A DNA stretch of 43,170 nucleotides. Origin: a virus. Lineage: Duplodnaviria; Heunggongvirae; Uroviricota; Caudoviricetes. The DNA lies in the IMG/VR virus record IMGVR_UViG_2534682162_000010. One strand, 5' to 3'. Position 1 is the first letter of the stretch; the number at the start of each line of letters is the position of its first letter. The position numbers were made by a program, and so were the translations under genes. The notes under the pieces were generated by a model that saw only the letters and a program-made list of their open reading frames with translations, had not been told where the DNA came from and made no database searches. Below are positions 1-7,671 of this stretch, in pieces.

Positions 1-1164
1 TTACGCCTTCTTTATATCCTCCATAATTCCAGAGTGGGACATATTTGGGACATTATCACCAAAAATGTCGTCTATTTTCCTCGCATGCTCTGTCAAATGA
101 TTAGGCGCAAGGTGAGCATACCTACGAACCATTTCTATGGACTCCCATCCGCCCATTTCCTGAAGCACTGATAATGGGACGCCTGACTGAATCAGCCAGC
201 TTGCCCAGGTGTGTCTGAGGTCATGGAAACGGAAATCTTCAATTCCTGCACGACGACAAGCTGATAGCCATGATGTCTTGCTGTCGATGCGCATCTTCCT
301 GACCGCAGGCGTTGATGTTCCATCTGCTCGCTTAGCCGCCTTGGTATGTACAAACACCCATTTGTGATGCTTGCCTATTTGATCACGCAACACTTTACAG
401 GCGGTATCGTTCAGCGCCACACCAATGGCGCGGTTTGATTTGCTCTCTTCTGGATTCACCCAGGCAACTCGTCGCTGCATGTCGATTTGTTGCCATTCCA
501 GATTTATGATGTTCGACTTTCTCAGACCAGTTGCCAGCGCAAACTTGACGACAGATTTCAGTGGTTCGGGGCACTCATCAATAAGGCGTTTTGCTTCCTC
601 CTTTTCCAGCCATCTGACTCGCTTGTTTCTGACCGCTGGTATCTTGATGACAGGCGCTTTTTCCAGCCACTTCCAGTCGCGTTCTGCAGCACGGAGAATG
701 GCCTTTATCATGGCAAGATGCTTTGCCTTTGTCTGAGTTGATACTGGCTTTGGTTCATAAACAGGCAGTTCTTTACCTTTCCTGATGGCGGCCTGAACTT
801 TCTGTTTCCATATTTCTTTCGTCTTTCTGTTATGCATTCTGCTTACAGCAGAGTAAATCTTTGCCTCCGAGATATCTTTAAGCCTTATACCCTCAAAATG
901 TTCAAGCCAGAACTCAATCCGGCTTTTATCTGAATCGAGAGATTTTTTATCAGCTTTTTCCTCAAGCCATCTTAGGCAGGCCTCTTCAAAAGTGACATCA
1001 GGTAAATCCCCTAGCTTTTCTACTCGCCAGAGTTCTGCTTTTCGCTTGTCGTGCAACTCCTGAGCTTGCCGCTTGTCCTTTGTGCCAAGAGATTCCTTAA
1101 TTCGTTTCCCGCCCGGGAGCGAATACGAGGCATACCATATTTCATTTCTGCGGAAGAGTGACAT
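1..1164 (-). CDS. int: Tyrosine site-specific integrase (lambdoid, DLP12 IntD-type)
   Basis: 387-aa ORF with C-terminal catalytic box [10 protein letters not shown]...RYAHL typical of tyrosine recombinases; sits at the prophage end. attL and the tRNA target would lie left of the window. Confidence 0.93.
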   Translation of the reverse strand: MSLFRRNEIWYASYSLPGGKRIKESLGTKDKRQAQELHDKRKAELWRVEKLGDLPDVTFEEACLRWLEEKADKKSLDSDKSRIEFWLEHFEGIRLKDISEAKIYSAVSRMHNRKTKEIWKQKVQAAIRKGKELPVYEPKPVSTQTKAKHLAMIKAILRAAERDWKWLEKAPVIKIPAVRNKRVRWLEKEEAKRLIDECPEPLKSVVKFALATGLRKSNIINLEWQQIDMQRRVAWVNPEESKSNRAIGVALNDTACKVLRDQIGKHHKWVFVHTKAAKRADGTSTPAVRKMRIDSKTSWLSACRRAGIEDFRFHDLRHTWASWLIQSGVPLSVLQEMGGWESIEMVRRYAHLAPNHLTEHARKIDDIFGDNVPNMSHSGIMEDIKKA

Positions 1165-1391
1165 TTTCTTTCCTCTGTTATGCCATCACCCGCGCTCACC
1201 TGGACAGTATGCAGCGGAGACTGAAGCGCCGCAATGCAGGCTTGCCGTGTTGTGAGGTAAGGAGATTTTGGCTTGGTTGGATCTTTACGTGTTGCCTGTA
1301 GGCGGCCTGTTCGTATCCAGTTGGTGGCGGTTGGTCTGGATATCTTAAGAAACTGACAGGCCTCATCGAGTGTGAGGCTGTATGATTCCAT
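1020..1391 (-). CDS. xis: Excisionase-like DNA-binding protein (Xis/AlpA family HTH)
   Basis: ORF immediately upstream of int on the same strand; start set at the internal ATG ([31 protein letters not shown]); its 3' end overlaps the int 5' end in another frame. Length and C-terminal end are uncertain. Confidence 0.55.
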   Translation of the reverse strand: MESYSLTLDEACQFLKISRPTATNWIRTGRLQATRKDPTKPKSPYLTTRQACIAALQSPLHTVQVSAGDGITEERKCHSSAEMKYGMPRIRSRAGNELRNLLAQRTSGKLRSCTTSEKQNSGE

Positions 1392-1689
1392 GGTTACCTC
1401 TGCTTTTTGAACGCATGTCACGTAACTTCTTAATGTGTTCTGCCGTTTCGATCTCTTCTGCTATCCGATCTGCATCAGCTTTATTCACAGGTTCAAAGTC
1501 ATGATTAAAGCGGAACATGCTGGCGATACATGTTCTGCCTTTTCGGATGTAGTGAACTTTGTTGTGGGTAGAACGCAGGATTTTGCAGGGAGTGCCGTGG
1601 TGGTCGACGTACCAGGTGTTAGGAAAAATGATTCTGAACATTTTTACACCCCAGTTGGACGATGTTGAAATTTGCTGCTTTGAGGCCAT
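1363..1689 (-). CDS. Hypothetical early-left protein (about 108 aa)
   Basis: ORF whose ATG overlaps the stop of the upstream zinc-finger gene in a TGATG arrangement, suggesting translational coupling. No recognisable domain. Confidence 0.45.
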   Translation of the reverse strand: MASKQQISTSSNWGVKMFRIIFPNTWYVDHHGTPCKILRSTHNKVHYIRKGRTCIASMFRFNHDFEPVNKADADRIAEEIETAEHIKKLRDMRSKSRGNHGIIQPHTR

Positions 1690-1907
1690 CACAGTCCCCA
1701 TTGTTTGTTCTTAAGTTCGATCTCCTCCTGGCAACTTGCACAAGTCCGACAACCCTGAACAGCCAGGCGTCTTCGCTCATCTATCGGATCGCCACACTCA
1801 CAACAATGAGTTGCGGATACAGTCTGGTAGTTCAGACGACGCATTTTTATTGCTGTATTGCGCTGTAATTCTTCGATTTCTGATGCTGAATCAATGATGT
1901 CTGCCAT
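1689..1907 (-). CDS. TraR/DksA-family C4 zinc-finger protein
   Basis: 72 aa with CxxC-(17)-CxxC pattern (CCECGDPIDERRRLAVQGCRTCASC) as in TraR/DksA-like small zinc fingers. Lies in the lambda ea22/ea8.5 position. Confidence 0.6.
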   Translation of the reverse strand: MADIIDSASEIEELQRNTAIKMRRLNYQTVSATHCCECGDPIDERRRLAVQGCRTCASCQEEIELKNKQWGL

Positions 1908-2005
1908 CTTTCATTAATCCCTGAATTGTTGGTTAATACGCTTGAGGGTAAATGCGAATAATAAAAAAGGAGCCTGTAGCTCCCTGATGATTTTGCTTTT
2001 CATGT

Positions 2006-2287
2006 TCATCGTTCCTTAAAGACGCCGTTCAACATGCCGATCGCCAGGCTTAAATGAGTCGGTGTGAATCCCATCAGCGTTACCGTTTCGCGGTGCTTCT
2101 TTAGCACGCTACGGCAAATGTCATCGACGTTTTTATCCGGAAACTGCTGTCTGGCTTTTTTGATTTCAGAATTAGCCTGACGGGCAATGCTGCGAAGGGC
2201 GTTTTCTTGCTGAGGTGTCACTGAACAAGCCCCATGCCGGCAAGCATAAGCACACAGAATATGAAGCCCGCTGCCAGAAAAATGCAT
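2006..2287 (-). CDS. Hypothetical early-left protein (lambda orf61 position); start uncertain
   Basis: 93-aa ATG ORF. An alternative GTG start at about 2221 would give about 71 aa and would follow a 27-aa hydrophobic mini-ORF (2218-2301). Confidence 0.4.
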   Translation of the reverse strand: MHFSGSGLHILCAYACRHGACSVTPQQENALRSIARQANSEIKKARQQFPDKNVDDICRSVLKKHRETVTLMGFTPTHLSLAIGMLNGVFKER

Positions 2288-2297
2288 TCAGTGGTTG

Positions 2298-2489
2298 TCA
2301 TACCTGGTCTCTCTCATCTGCTTCTGCTTTCGCCACCATCATTTCCAGCTTTTGTGAAAGGGATGTGGCTAACGTATGAAATTCTTCGTCTGTTTCTACT
2401 GGTATTGGCACAGACCTGACTCCAATTTGAGCAAGGCTATGTGCCATCTCAATACTCGTTCTTAACTCAACAGGAGATGCTTTGTGCAT
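2298..2489 (-). CDS. Small early-left protein, lambda orf63-like
   Basis: 63-aa ORF in the position of lambda orf63 between exo and the ea region; identity from memory only. Confidence 0.5.
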   Translation of the reverse strand: MHKASPVELRTSIEMAHSLAQIGVRSVPIPVETDEEFHTLATSLSQKLEMMVAKAEADERDQV

Positions 2490-2650
2490 ACCGCCTCCCG
2501 TTTATTATTTATCTTCTCAGCCAGCCGCTGTGCTTTCAGTGGATTTCTGATAACAGAAAGGCCGGGAAATACCCAGCCTCGCTTTGTAATGGAGTAGACG
2601 AAAGTGATCGCGCCTACCCGGATATTATCGTGAGGATGCGTCATCGCCAT
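2462..2650 (-). CDS. Small early-left protein, lambda orf60a-like
   Basis: 62-aa ORF immediately downstream of exo, overlapping the exo stop and the next ORF start; position matches lambda orf60a. Confidence 0.4.
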   Translation of the reverse strand: MAMTHPHDNIRVGAITFVYSITKRGWVFPGLSVIRNPLKAQRLAEKINNKREAVCTKHLLLS

Positions 2651-3321
2651 TGCTCCCCAAATACAAAACCAATTTCAGCCAGTGCCTCGTCCATTTTTTC
2701 GATGAACTCCGGTACCATCTCGTCAAAACTCGCCATGTACTTTTCATCCCGCTCAACCACGACATAATGCAGTCCTTCACGCTTCATACGCGGGTCATAG
2801 TTGGCAAAGTACCAGGCATCTTTTCGTGTCACCCACATGCTGTACTGCACCTGGGCCATGTAAGCCGACTTTATGGCCTCGAAACCACCGAGCCGGAACT
2901 TCATGAAATCCCGGGAGGTAAACGGGCATTTCAGCTCAAGGCCATTGCCGTCACTGCATAAACCATCGGGAGAGCAGGCGGTGCGCATACTTTCGTCGCG
3001 ATAGATGATCGGGGATTCAGTAACATTCACGCCGGAAGTGAATTCAAACAGGGTTCTGGCGTCGTTCTCGTACTGTTTTCCCCAGGCCAGCGCCTTAGCA
3101 TTAACTTCCGGAGCCACACCGGTGCAAACCTCAGCCAGCAGGGTGTGGAAGTAGGACATTTTCATGTCAGGCCACTTCTTTCCTGAGCGGGGCTTTGCTA
3201 TCACGTTGTGAACTTCTGAAGCGGTGATGACGCCGAGCCGTAATTTGTGCCATGCATCATCCCCCTGTTCGACAGCTCTCACGTCGATCCCGGTACGCTG
3301 CAGGATAATGTCCGGTGTCAT
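2641..3321 (-). CDS. exo: Lambda exonuclease (Red alpha)
   Basis: 226-aa translation [40 protein letters not shown]... matches lambda Exo essentially along its length. Confidence 0.96.
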   Translation of the reverse strand: MTPDIILQRTGIDVRAVEQGDDAWHKLRLGVITASEVHNVIAKPRSGKKWPDMKMSYFHTLLAEVCTGVAPEVNAKALAWGKQYENDARTLFEFTSGVNVTESPIIYRDESMRTACSPDGLCSDGNGLELKCPFTSRDFMKFRLGGFEAIKSAYMAQVQYSMWVTRKDAWYFANYDPRMKREGLHYVVVERDEKYMASFDEMVPEFIEKMDEALAEIGFVFGEQWR

Positions 3322-4103
3322 GCTGCCACCTTCTGCTCAGTGGCTTTCTGTTTCAGGAATCCAAGAGCTTTCACTGCTTCGGCCTGTGTCAGTTCTGACG
3401 ATGCGCGAATGTCGCGGCGAAATATCTGGGAACAGAGCGGCAATAAGTCGTCATCCCATGTTTTATCCAGGGCGATCAGCAGAGTGTTAATCTCCTGCAT
3501 GGTTTCATCGTTAACCGGAGTGATGTCGCGTTCTGGCTGACGTTCTGCAGTGTATGCAGTATTTTCGACAATGCGCTCGGCTTCATCCTTGTCATAGATA
3601 CCAGCAAATCCGAAGGCCAGACGGGCACACTGAATCATGGCTTTATGCCGTAACATCCGTTTGGGATGCGACTGCCACGGCCCCGTGATTTCTCTGCCTT
3701 CGCGAGTTTTGAATGGTTCGCGGCGGCATTCATCCATCCATTCGGTAACGCAGATCGGATGATTACGGTCCTTGCGGTAAATCCGGCATGTACAGGATTC
3801 ATTGTCCTGCTCAAAGTCCATGCCATCAAACTGCTGGTTTTCATTGATGATGCGGGACCAGCCATCAACGCCCACCACCGGAACGATGCCGTTCTGCTTA
3901 TCAGGGAAGGCGTAAATTTCTTTCGTCCACGGATTAAGGCCGTACTGGTTGGCGACGATCAACAATGCGATGAACTGCGCATCGCTGGCATCACCTTTAA
4001 ATGCCGTCTGGCGAAGAGTGGTGATCAGTTCCTGTGGGTCGACAGAATCCATGCCGACACGTTCAGCCAGCTTCCCTGCCAGCGTTGCGAGTGCTGTACT
4101 CAT
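3318..4103 (-). CDS. bet: Bet single-strand annealing protein (Red beta)
   Basis: 261-aa translation [66 protein letters not shown]... matches lambda Bet; 4-nt overlap with exo. Confidence 0.96.
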   Translation of the reverse strand: MSTALATLAGKLAERVGMDSVDPQELITTLRQTAFKGDASDAQFIALLIVANQYGLNPWTKEIYAFPDKQNGIVPVVGVDGWSRIINENQQFDGMDFEQDNESCTCRIYRKDRNHPICVTEWMDECRREPFKTREGREITGPWQSHPKRMLRHKAMIQCARLAFGFAGIYDKDEAERIVENTAYTAERQPERDITPVNDETMQEINTLLIALDKTWDDDLLPLCSQIFRRDIRASSELTQAEAVKALGFLKQKATEQKVAA

Positions 4104-4108
4104 CCGTT

Positions 4109-4405
4109 TTATACCTCTGAATCAATATCAACCTGGTGGTGAGCAATGGTTTCAACCATGTACCGGATGTGTTCTGCCATGCGATCCTGAAACTCAACAT
4201 CGTCATCAAACGCACGGGTAATGGCTTTTTTGCTGGCCCCGTGACGTTGCAAATGATCGATGCAGAGTGATTCAAACAGGTGCTGGGGCAGACCTTTTTC
4301 CATGTCGTCTGCCAGTTCTGCCTCTTTCTCTTCACGGGCGATCTGCTGGTAGTGACGCGCCCAGCTCTGAGCCTCAAGACGATCCTGAATGTAATAAGCG
4401 TTCAT
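4109..4405 (-). CDS. gam: Gam, RecBCD inhibitor (short 98-aa form only)
   Basis: [60 protein letters not shown]... matches lambda GamS; SD aggag upstream. An in-frame stop 16 codons upstream rules out the long form. Confidence 0.95.
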   Translation of the reverse strand: MNAYYIQDRLEAQSWARHYQQIAREEKEAELADDMEKGLPQHLFESLCIDHLQRHGASKKAITRAFDDDVEFQDRMAEHIRYMVETIAHHQVDIDSEV

Positions 4406-4480
4406 GGCTGAACTCCTGAAAATGGCTGTGAAAATATCGCCCGCGAAATGCTAGGCTGATTAGGAAAACAGGAAAGGGGA

Positions 4481-4771
4481 TTAGTGATTCAGGCCGTTAC
4501 CGCGTCCGTCGAGAAAAACTTCCACGAGCAAATCACGGGTATAAGTGCGCTCGATGCCGCGATGCAGATATAGCCGTCCGCGTAAATTAGCTGATGCAGT
4601 CCAGGTACCATCTTTGTGTTTGACCAGCATTCCTGGCATGACCGCACCTCGATTAACGGTCTGCGTTCCGTAATGTTGATGAACCATAAAAACTCCTGCC
4701 CGTAAGCTGGGCTGCTGAACATATAGAGACTTCTGCGCGTATTCAGGCGGTGGATGGCCGCCGGTTGTCAT
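4481..4771 (-). CDS. Hypothetical early-left protein, first gene downstream of PL (about 96 aa from ATG; track ORF runs to 4891 with a TTG start)
   Basis: ORF between OL/PL and gam; the ATG at 4771 is preceded by gagg and a 6-bp stem-loop. Gly/His-rich, no recognisable N, Kil or CIII similarity. Confidence 0.4.
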   Translation of the reverse strand: MTTGGHPPPEYAQKSLYVQQPSLRAGVFMVHQHYGTQTVNRGAVMPGMLVKHKDGTWTASANLRGRLYLHRGIERTYTRDLLVEVFLDGRGNGLNH

Positions 4772-4959
4772 AACTAAGTCGCCTCGTTGAAGCGACTGAG
4801 GTATGAAGTGTTGAGTTGATTTCAGCTGGTCACACCGACGTTCACGCGTCCGCTTCACCCCTCGCACTCCCCGGAGCCTGCTGAAATTCAAGCTGCGGAT
4901 CTAAGCGGTCATCGCAACGGTGAATCAGGTGATTGCCGTATCGTTGTGTTGTTGCGATG

Positions 4960-5030
4960 AATTCATTTAAAACTATAGTTGTTTTATCGTCAACAACAAA
5001 AGTTGTTTTGTTGGTTGTTTTAGATATAAC
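4960..5030 (-). promoter_or_regulatory. OL/PL: leftward early promoter with repressor operators
   Basis: Palindrome at 4976-5000 (reverse complement TTTGTTGTTGACGATAAAACAACTA) closely matches the OR palindrome ATGGTTGTTGACTAAAAACAACCAT; embedded -35 TTGACG (4988-4993) with 17-nt spacer to TTAAAT (4965-4970); more ACAAC/GTTGT repeats nearby. Confidence 0.6.
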
Positions 5031-5134
5031 TGGTTGTATTTAAGATGGATTTATTTTGTGACTTGCATCGCATAGCGATAACTGAAGCGAGGTCGTGGTG
5101 GTTTTTTGAACGGTGTGTGATGAGGGGAGGGCAA

Positions 5135-5165
5135 AAGAAAACCCGGCACGGTGGCCGGGTTTAGA
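5135..5165 (-). terminator. Intrinsic terminator ending the repressor operon (tIMM-like)
   Basis: On the minus strand, a 7-bp stem (ACCCGGC / GCCGGGT, 6-nt loop) is followed by TTTCTTTTG, about 75 nt after the stop of the 147-aa gene. Confidence 0.6.
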
Positions 5166-5236
5166 TGATTGGTTAAGAGCGAGGGTAATGGGGAATGAAA
5201 AATCGCTTTACCTAATGCAAGGGTGCGAGCATTTTC

Positions 5237-5680
5237 TTAAGCACTAAAGAAAAAGTACATTGATAGCTTATAAAGTCCTGTTCCTGCAGCGATGATTGCT
5301 GGAACACCAAGCAATACCGCAAGCTTTGCGTCTGAAATCTTTCTATCGACAGCATCACTTGATGGCTTGTTTGTTAAGGATTCTTTTATAGAGTCCAGAC
5401 GTGCAAGAATAGTTATCATATTTTTGTCGATAGCTTTAACGTCTGTTTTAAGTTCATCAACGTCTCGTTTGATATGAGCAACATCGGACTCCAGTTTTGC
5501 AACTTTTTCAGGCATGTTATCACTCCCAGACCCACTGCTACCACTTGATTGTAGCATGTCCCATCTTTTTCCAGATATACCTGCTAGCTGGGAAGACGCA
5601 CTGGAGTGCAAACAAAATGATTCTGCCGCCTTTGCAATTTTATCATTTAGGTTTGGAGCTTCGTAATAATCGTGTTTCAT
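5237..5680 (-). CDS. Tail-anchored coiled-coil membrane protein (147 aa), lysogeny-operon cargo, function unknown
   Basis: ORF with a Ser/Gly-rich linker, a charged heptad-like segment (EKVAKLESDVAHIKRDVDELKTDVKAIDKNMITILARLDSIKESL) and one C-terminal hydrophobic helix (LAVLLGVPAIIAAGTGLY); AT-rich; lies between cI and OL/PL. Confidence 0.6.
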   Translation of the reverse strand: MKHDYYEAPNLNDKIAKAAESFCLHSSASSQLAGISGKRWDMLQSSGSSGSGSDNMPEKVAKLESDVAHIKRDVDELKTDVKAIDKNMITILARLDSIKESLTNKPSSDAVDRKISDAKLAVLLGVPAIIAAGTGLYKLSMYFFFSA

Positions 5681-5692
5681 AATTAATTACGA

Positions 5693-5955
5693 TTAGTTTG
5701 TTTTAGCTTTGTCATGCTGGTCGCGAATGAAGTCAGCCAATTTAAGCATCAATTCTTCGGGCATTCTAATGGTTGCAATGTTGTACTTTATGTTCTCAAC
5801 ATCGTCACTTTCATCAACAGGCCATTCAGTTACATTATGAAAAAAGAAATTGAACCTAGGCGCTGAGAGCCGTCACCAAACGAAGAGTAGCCAAACGCGT
5901 CGGCGTATGCATCGACACAGTTATTTGATTTTTTAACAAGTGTTTTATTACTCAT
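5693..5955 (-). CDS. Hypothetical small protein with an apparent -1 frame change at a T6C run (41-aa ORF 5830-5955; continuation in -1 frame to 5693 gives about 87 aa)
   Basis: ATG at 5955 with SD-like GGAAAGG; frame 0 stops after 41 codons just past tcttttttc (plus-strand A6 at 5840-5845); the -1 frame stays open for 48 more codons and ends 12 nt before the downstream gene. Could be a pseudogene, programmed frameshift or sequence error. Confidence 0.35.
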
Positions 5956-6037
5956 TTTTTGCCTTTCCCGTAATGTTATTTTTTATAAGGTATTTTCTTC
6001 AGCGTATTACCCAAAAGCCTCATCAACACGCGGCTGA

Positions 6038-6727
6038 TTATCCGTGTTTTCTGTACGTCTGCGGCATGCTCCCAATAACCTTACCGAATATGAATACCCG
6101 GTTCATCTCGTCTTTCTCGATCGGGTCCCACGGTGAGTAGCTCTTGTTATCAGAGATAACCAGTAGCTTATCCTTCATCATTTGCAGGCGCTTTACATGG
6201 GCGGTGTCGTCATACAGAAACGCATAGATACCATCACCGTCGAAAGATTTAACCGTGATATCAACGAACAGCAGATCACCTGGTTCGATCGTTCCTGACA
6301 TGCTGTCACCGCGTACGTTAATGATGCGGATATTTTCTGCCTTCCTACCATCGAACATGTGACGAGCATCGTCAAACGAGTACTCAACCGAGCGTAGAAC
6401 TTCTACAAACTCACGGTTGATGACTCCCGGCCCGGCACTCACTTCTATATCAAGAACGTCAATCTTAAAGTATTTGGAATGGCTGACAGTTGATGGTATT
6501 GGTTGCACTGTACTGTCTGACATATTTCCAACGCCAGAAGATAACCATTCTGCGCGCACACCCAAAGCGTTCGCGATCTCCACGATTTTAGTTGTTTGGT
6601 TAGCTTTCCCTGTTTCGATTTTCTGAATAGCAGCTTGGCTAACCCCGACCAAATCCCCAAGCGCCTTTTGTGTAAGGCCTCGCGCTAATCTGGCTTCTTT
6701 AAGTCTTTCTGAGAGTGTTGTTTTCAT
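6038..6727 (-). CDS. cI: CI-like prophage repressor (HTH_XRE + S24 LexA-like peptidase)
   Basis: MKTTLSERLKEARLARGLTQKALGDLVGVSQAAIQKIETG (HTH); Ala-Gly cleavage site (EVSAGPG); catalytic Ser in GDSM and Lys in VKRL. Start moved from the track ATG at 6793 (inside the operator) to the ATG at 6727. Confidence 0.88.
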   Translation of the reverse strand: MKTTLSERLKEARLARGLTQKALGDLVGVSQAAIQKIETGKANQTTKIVEIANALGVRAEWLSSGVGNMSDSTVQPIPSTVSHSKYFKIDVLDIEVSAGPGVINREFVEVLRSVEYSFDDARHMFDGRKAENIRIINVRGDSMSGTIEPGDLLFVDITVKSFDGDGIYAFLYDDTAHVKRLQMMKDKLLVISDNKSYSPWDPIEKDEMNRVFIFGKVIGSMPQTYRKHG

Positions 6728-6831
6728 AGTCCAAATGTACAACCAAGGTTTTATTCCATCAAACGAAAATGGTTGTTGACTAAAAACAACCATAGTTTTA
6801 ATCTTGATTCAAATTAACCACGGAGGTTGTT
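6728..6831. promoter_or_regulatory. OR region with divergent PRM and PR
   Basis: Perfect 25-bp palindrome ATGGTTGTTGACTAAAAACAACCAT (6769-6793) containing PR -35 TTGACT; SD ggagg before cro. On the minus strand TTGATG-17 nt-TACATT places the start at or next to the cI ATG, implying a leaderless cI mRNA as at lambda PRM. Confidence 0.6.
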
Positions 6832-7062
6832 ATGAACCCAGCTATCAAAACAGCGATCAATATCGTTGGTTCACAAAAGAAACTGGGCGCTGCCTGCGAA
6901 GTTTCACAGCAGGCCGTCTATAAGTGGCTTCACAACAAAGCAAAGGTATCCCCTGAACATGTCGGCAGCATTGTTACGGCTACTGGTGGAGTAGTGAAGG
7001 CATACCAGATTCGCCCGGATCTTCCGAAGTTGTTTCCACACACCGAAAAGAACGCAGCTTAA
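6832..7062 (+). CDS. cro: Cro-like repressor (YdaS-family HTH)
   Basis: 76-aa ORF transcribed divergently from cI directly after OR; resembles YdaS-type Cro proteins (GSQKKLGAACEVSQQAVYKW). Confidence 0.8.
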   Translation: MNPAIKTAINIVGSQKKLGAACEVSQQAVYKWLHNKAKVSPEHVGSIVTATGGVVKAYQIRPDLPKLFPHTEKNAA

Positions 7063-7131
7063 ATTTCCATTTCACGCTCTTTAACAATAAGCAATCAACT
7101 TAACAGTCAATTCAAACTAAAGGAGTCAATT

Positions 7132-7671
7132 ATGCAACCACTTACATACCAACAGACTAGCGGATTTAGCCCGACTGCGGTGATAAATCGTTCTCAAACA
7201 AAACAGGTGCCAGGCCACGAAAAAATCCGTGATGCCGTCCGCGCCTGGTCGGCTGAAGATAATCAGGATGTCGTTGCCACACTCATTGTGAATGAGTATC
7301 GGGAGCAGGGCGGCGGCACTATCGATTTCCCTGATGATGTCAGCCGTGCACGCCAGAAGCTGTTCCGCTTCCTCGATAACAAATTCGATTCTGAAAAATA
7401 CCGAAATAACGTGCGTGAACTGACCCCGGCAATTCTGGCGGTACTACCGCTGGAATATCGCGGCCACCTGGTTGAGCAGGATAGCTTCATGGCTCGGCTG
7501 GCTGAAATGGAAAAGGAACTCTGTGAGGCAAAGCAGGCGGTCATTCTCAACGCACCACGCCACCAGAAACTGAAGGAGATGAGTGAAGGCATTGTGTCGA
7601 TGTTTCGAGTGGACCCGGATCTGGCTGGTCCATTGATGGCGATGGTCACCGCCATGCTGGGGGCAATATGA
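7132..7671 (+). CDS. YdaT-family protein (CII-position regulator)
   Basis: 179 aa; motifs VNEYREQGGG and LTPAILAVLPLEYRGHL resemble Rac prophage YdaT; sits between cro and O. Confidence 0.6.
   Translation: MQPLTYQQTSGFSPTAVINRSQTKQVPGHEKIRDAVRAWSAEDNQDVVATLIVNEYREQGGGTIDFPDDVSRARQKLFRFLDNKFDSEKYRNNVRELTPAILAVLPLEYRGHLVEQDSFMARLAEMEKELCEAKQAVILNAPRHQKLKEMSEGIVSMFRVDPDLAGPLMAMVTAMLGAI

Noticed and set aside
4489-4722. 77-aa Cys-containing ORF in an alternative minus frame overlapping the first PL gene
   Set aside because: Fully overlapped by the longer ORF, which has a better start context; kept only as a possibility.
6728-6793. N-terminal extension of the repressor ORF to the ATG at 6793
   Set aside because: That ATG lies inside the OR palindrome and PR -35; the ATG at 6727 gives a canonical HTH start and fits the predicted PRM. 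Similar track extensions using TTG/GTG or far-upstream ATG were trimmed for O, emrE, quuD, ybcO, Rz, bor, C, D, E, FI, V and stf.
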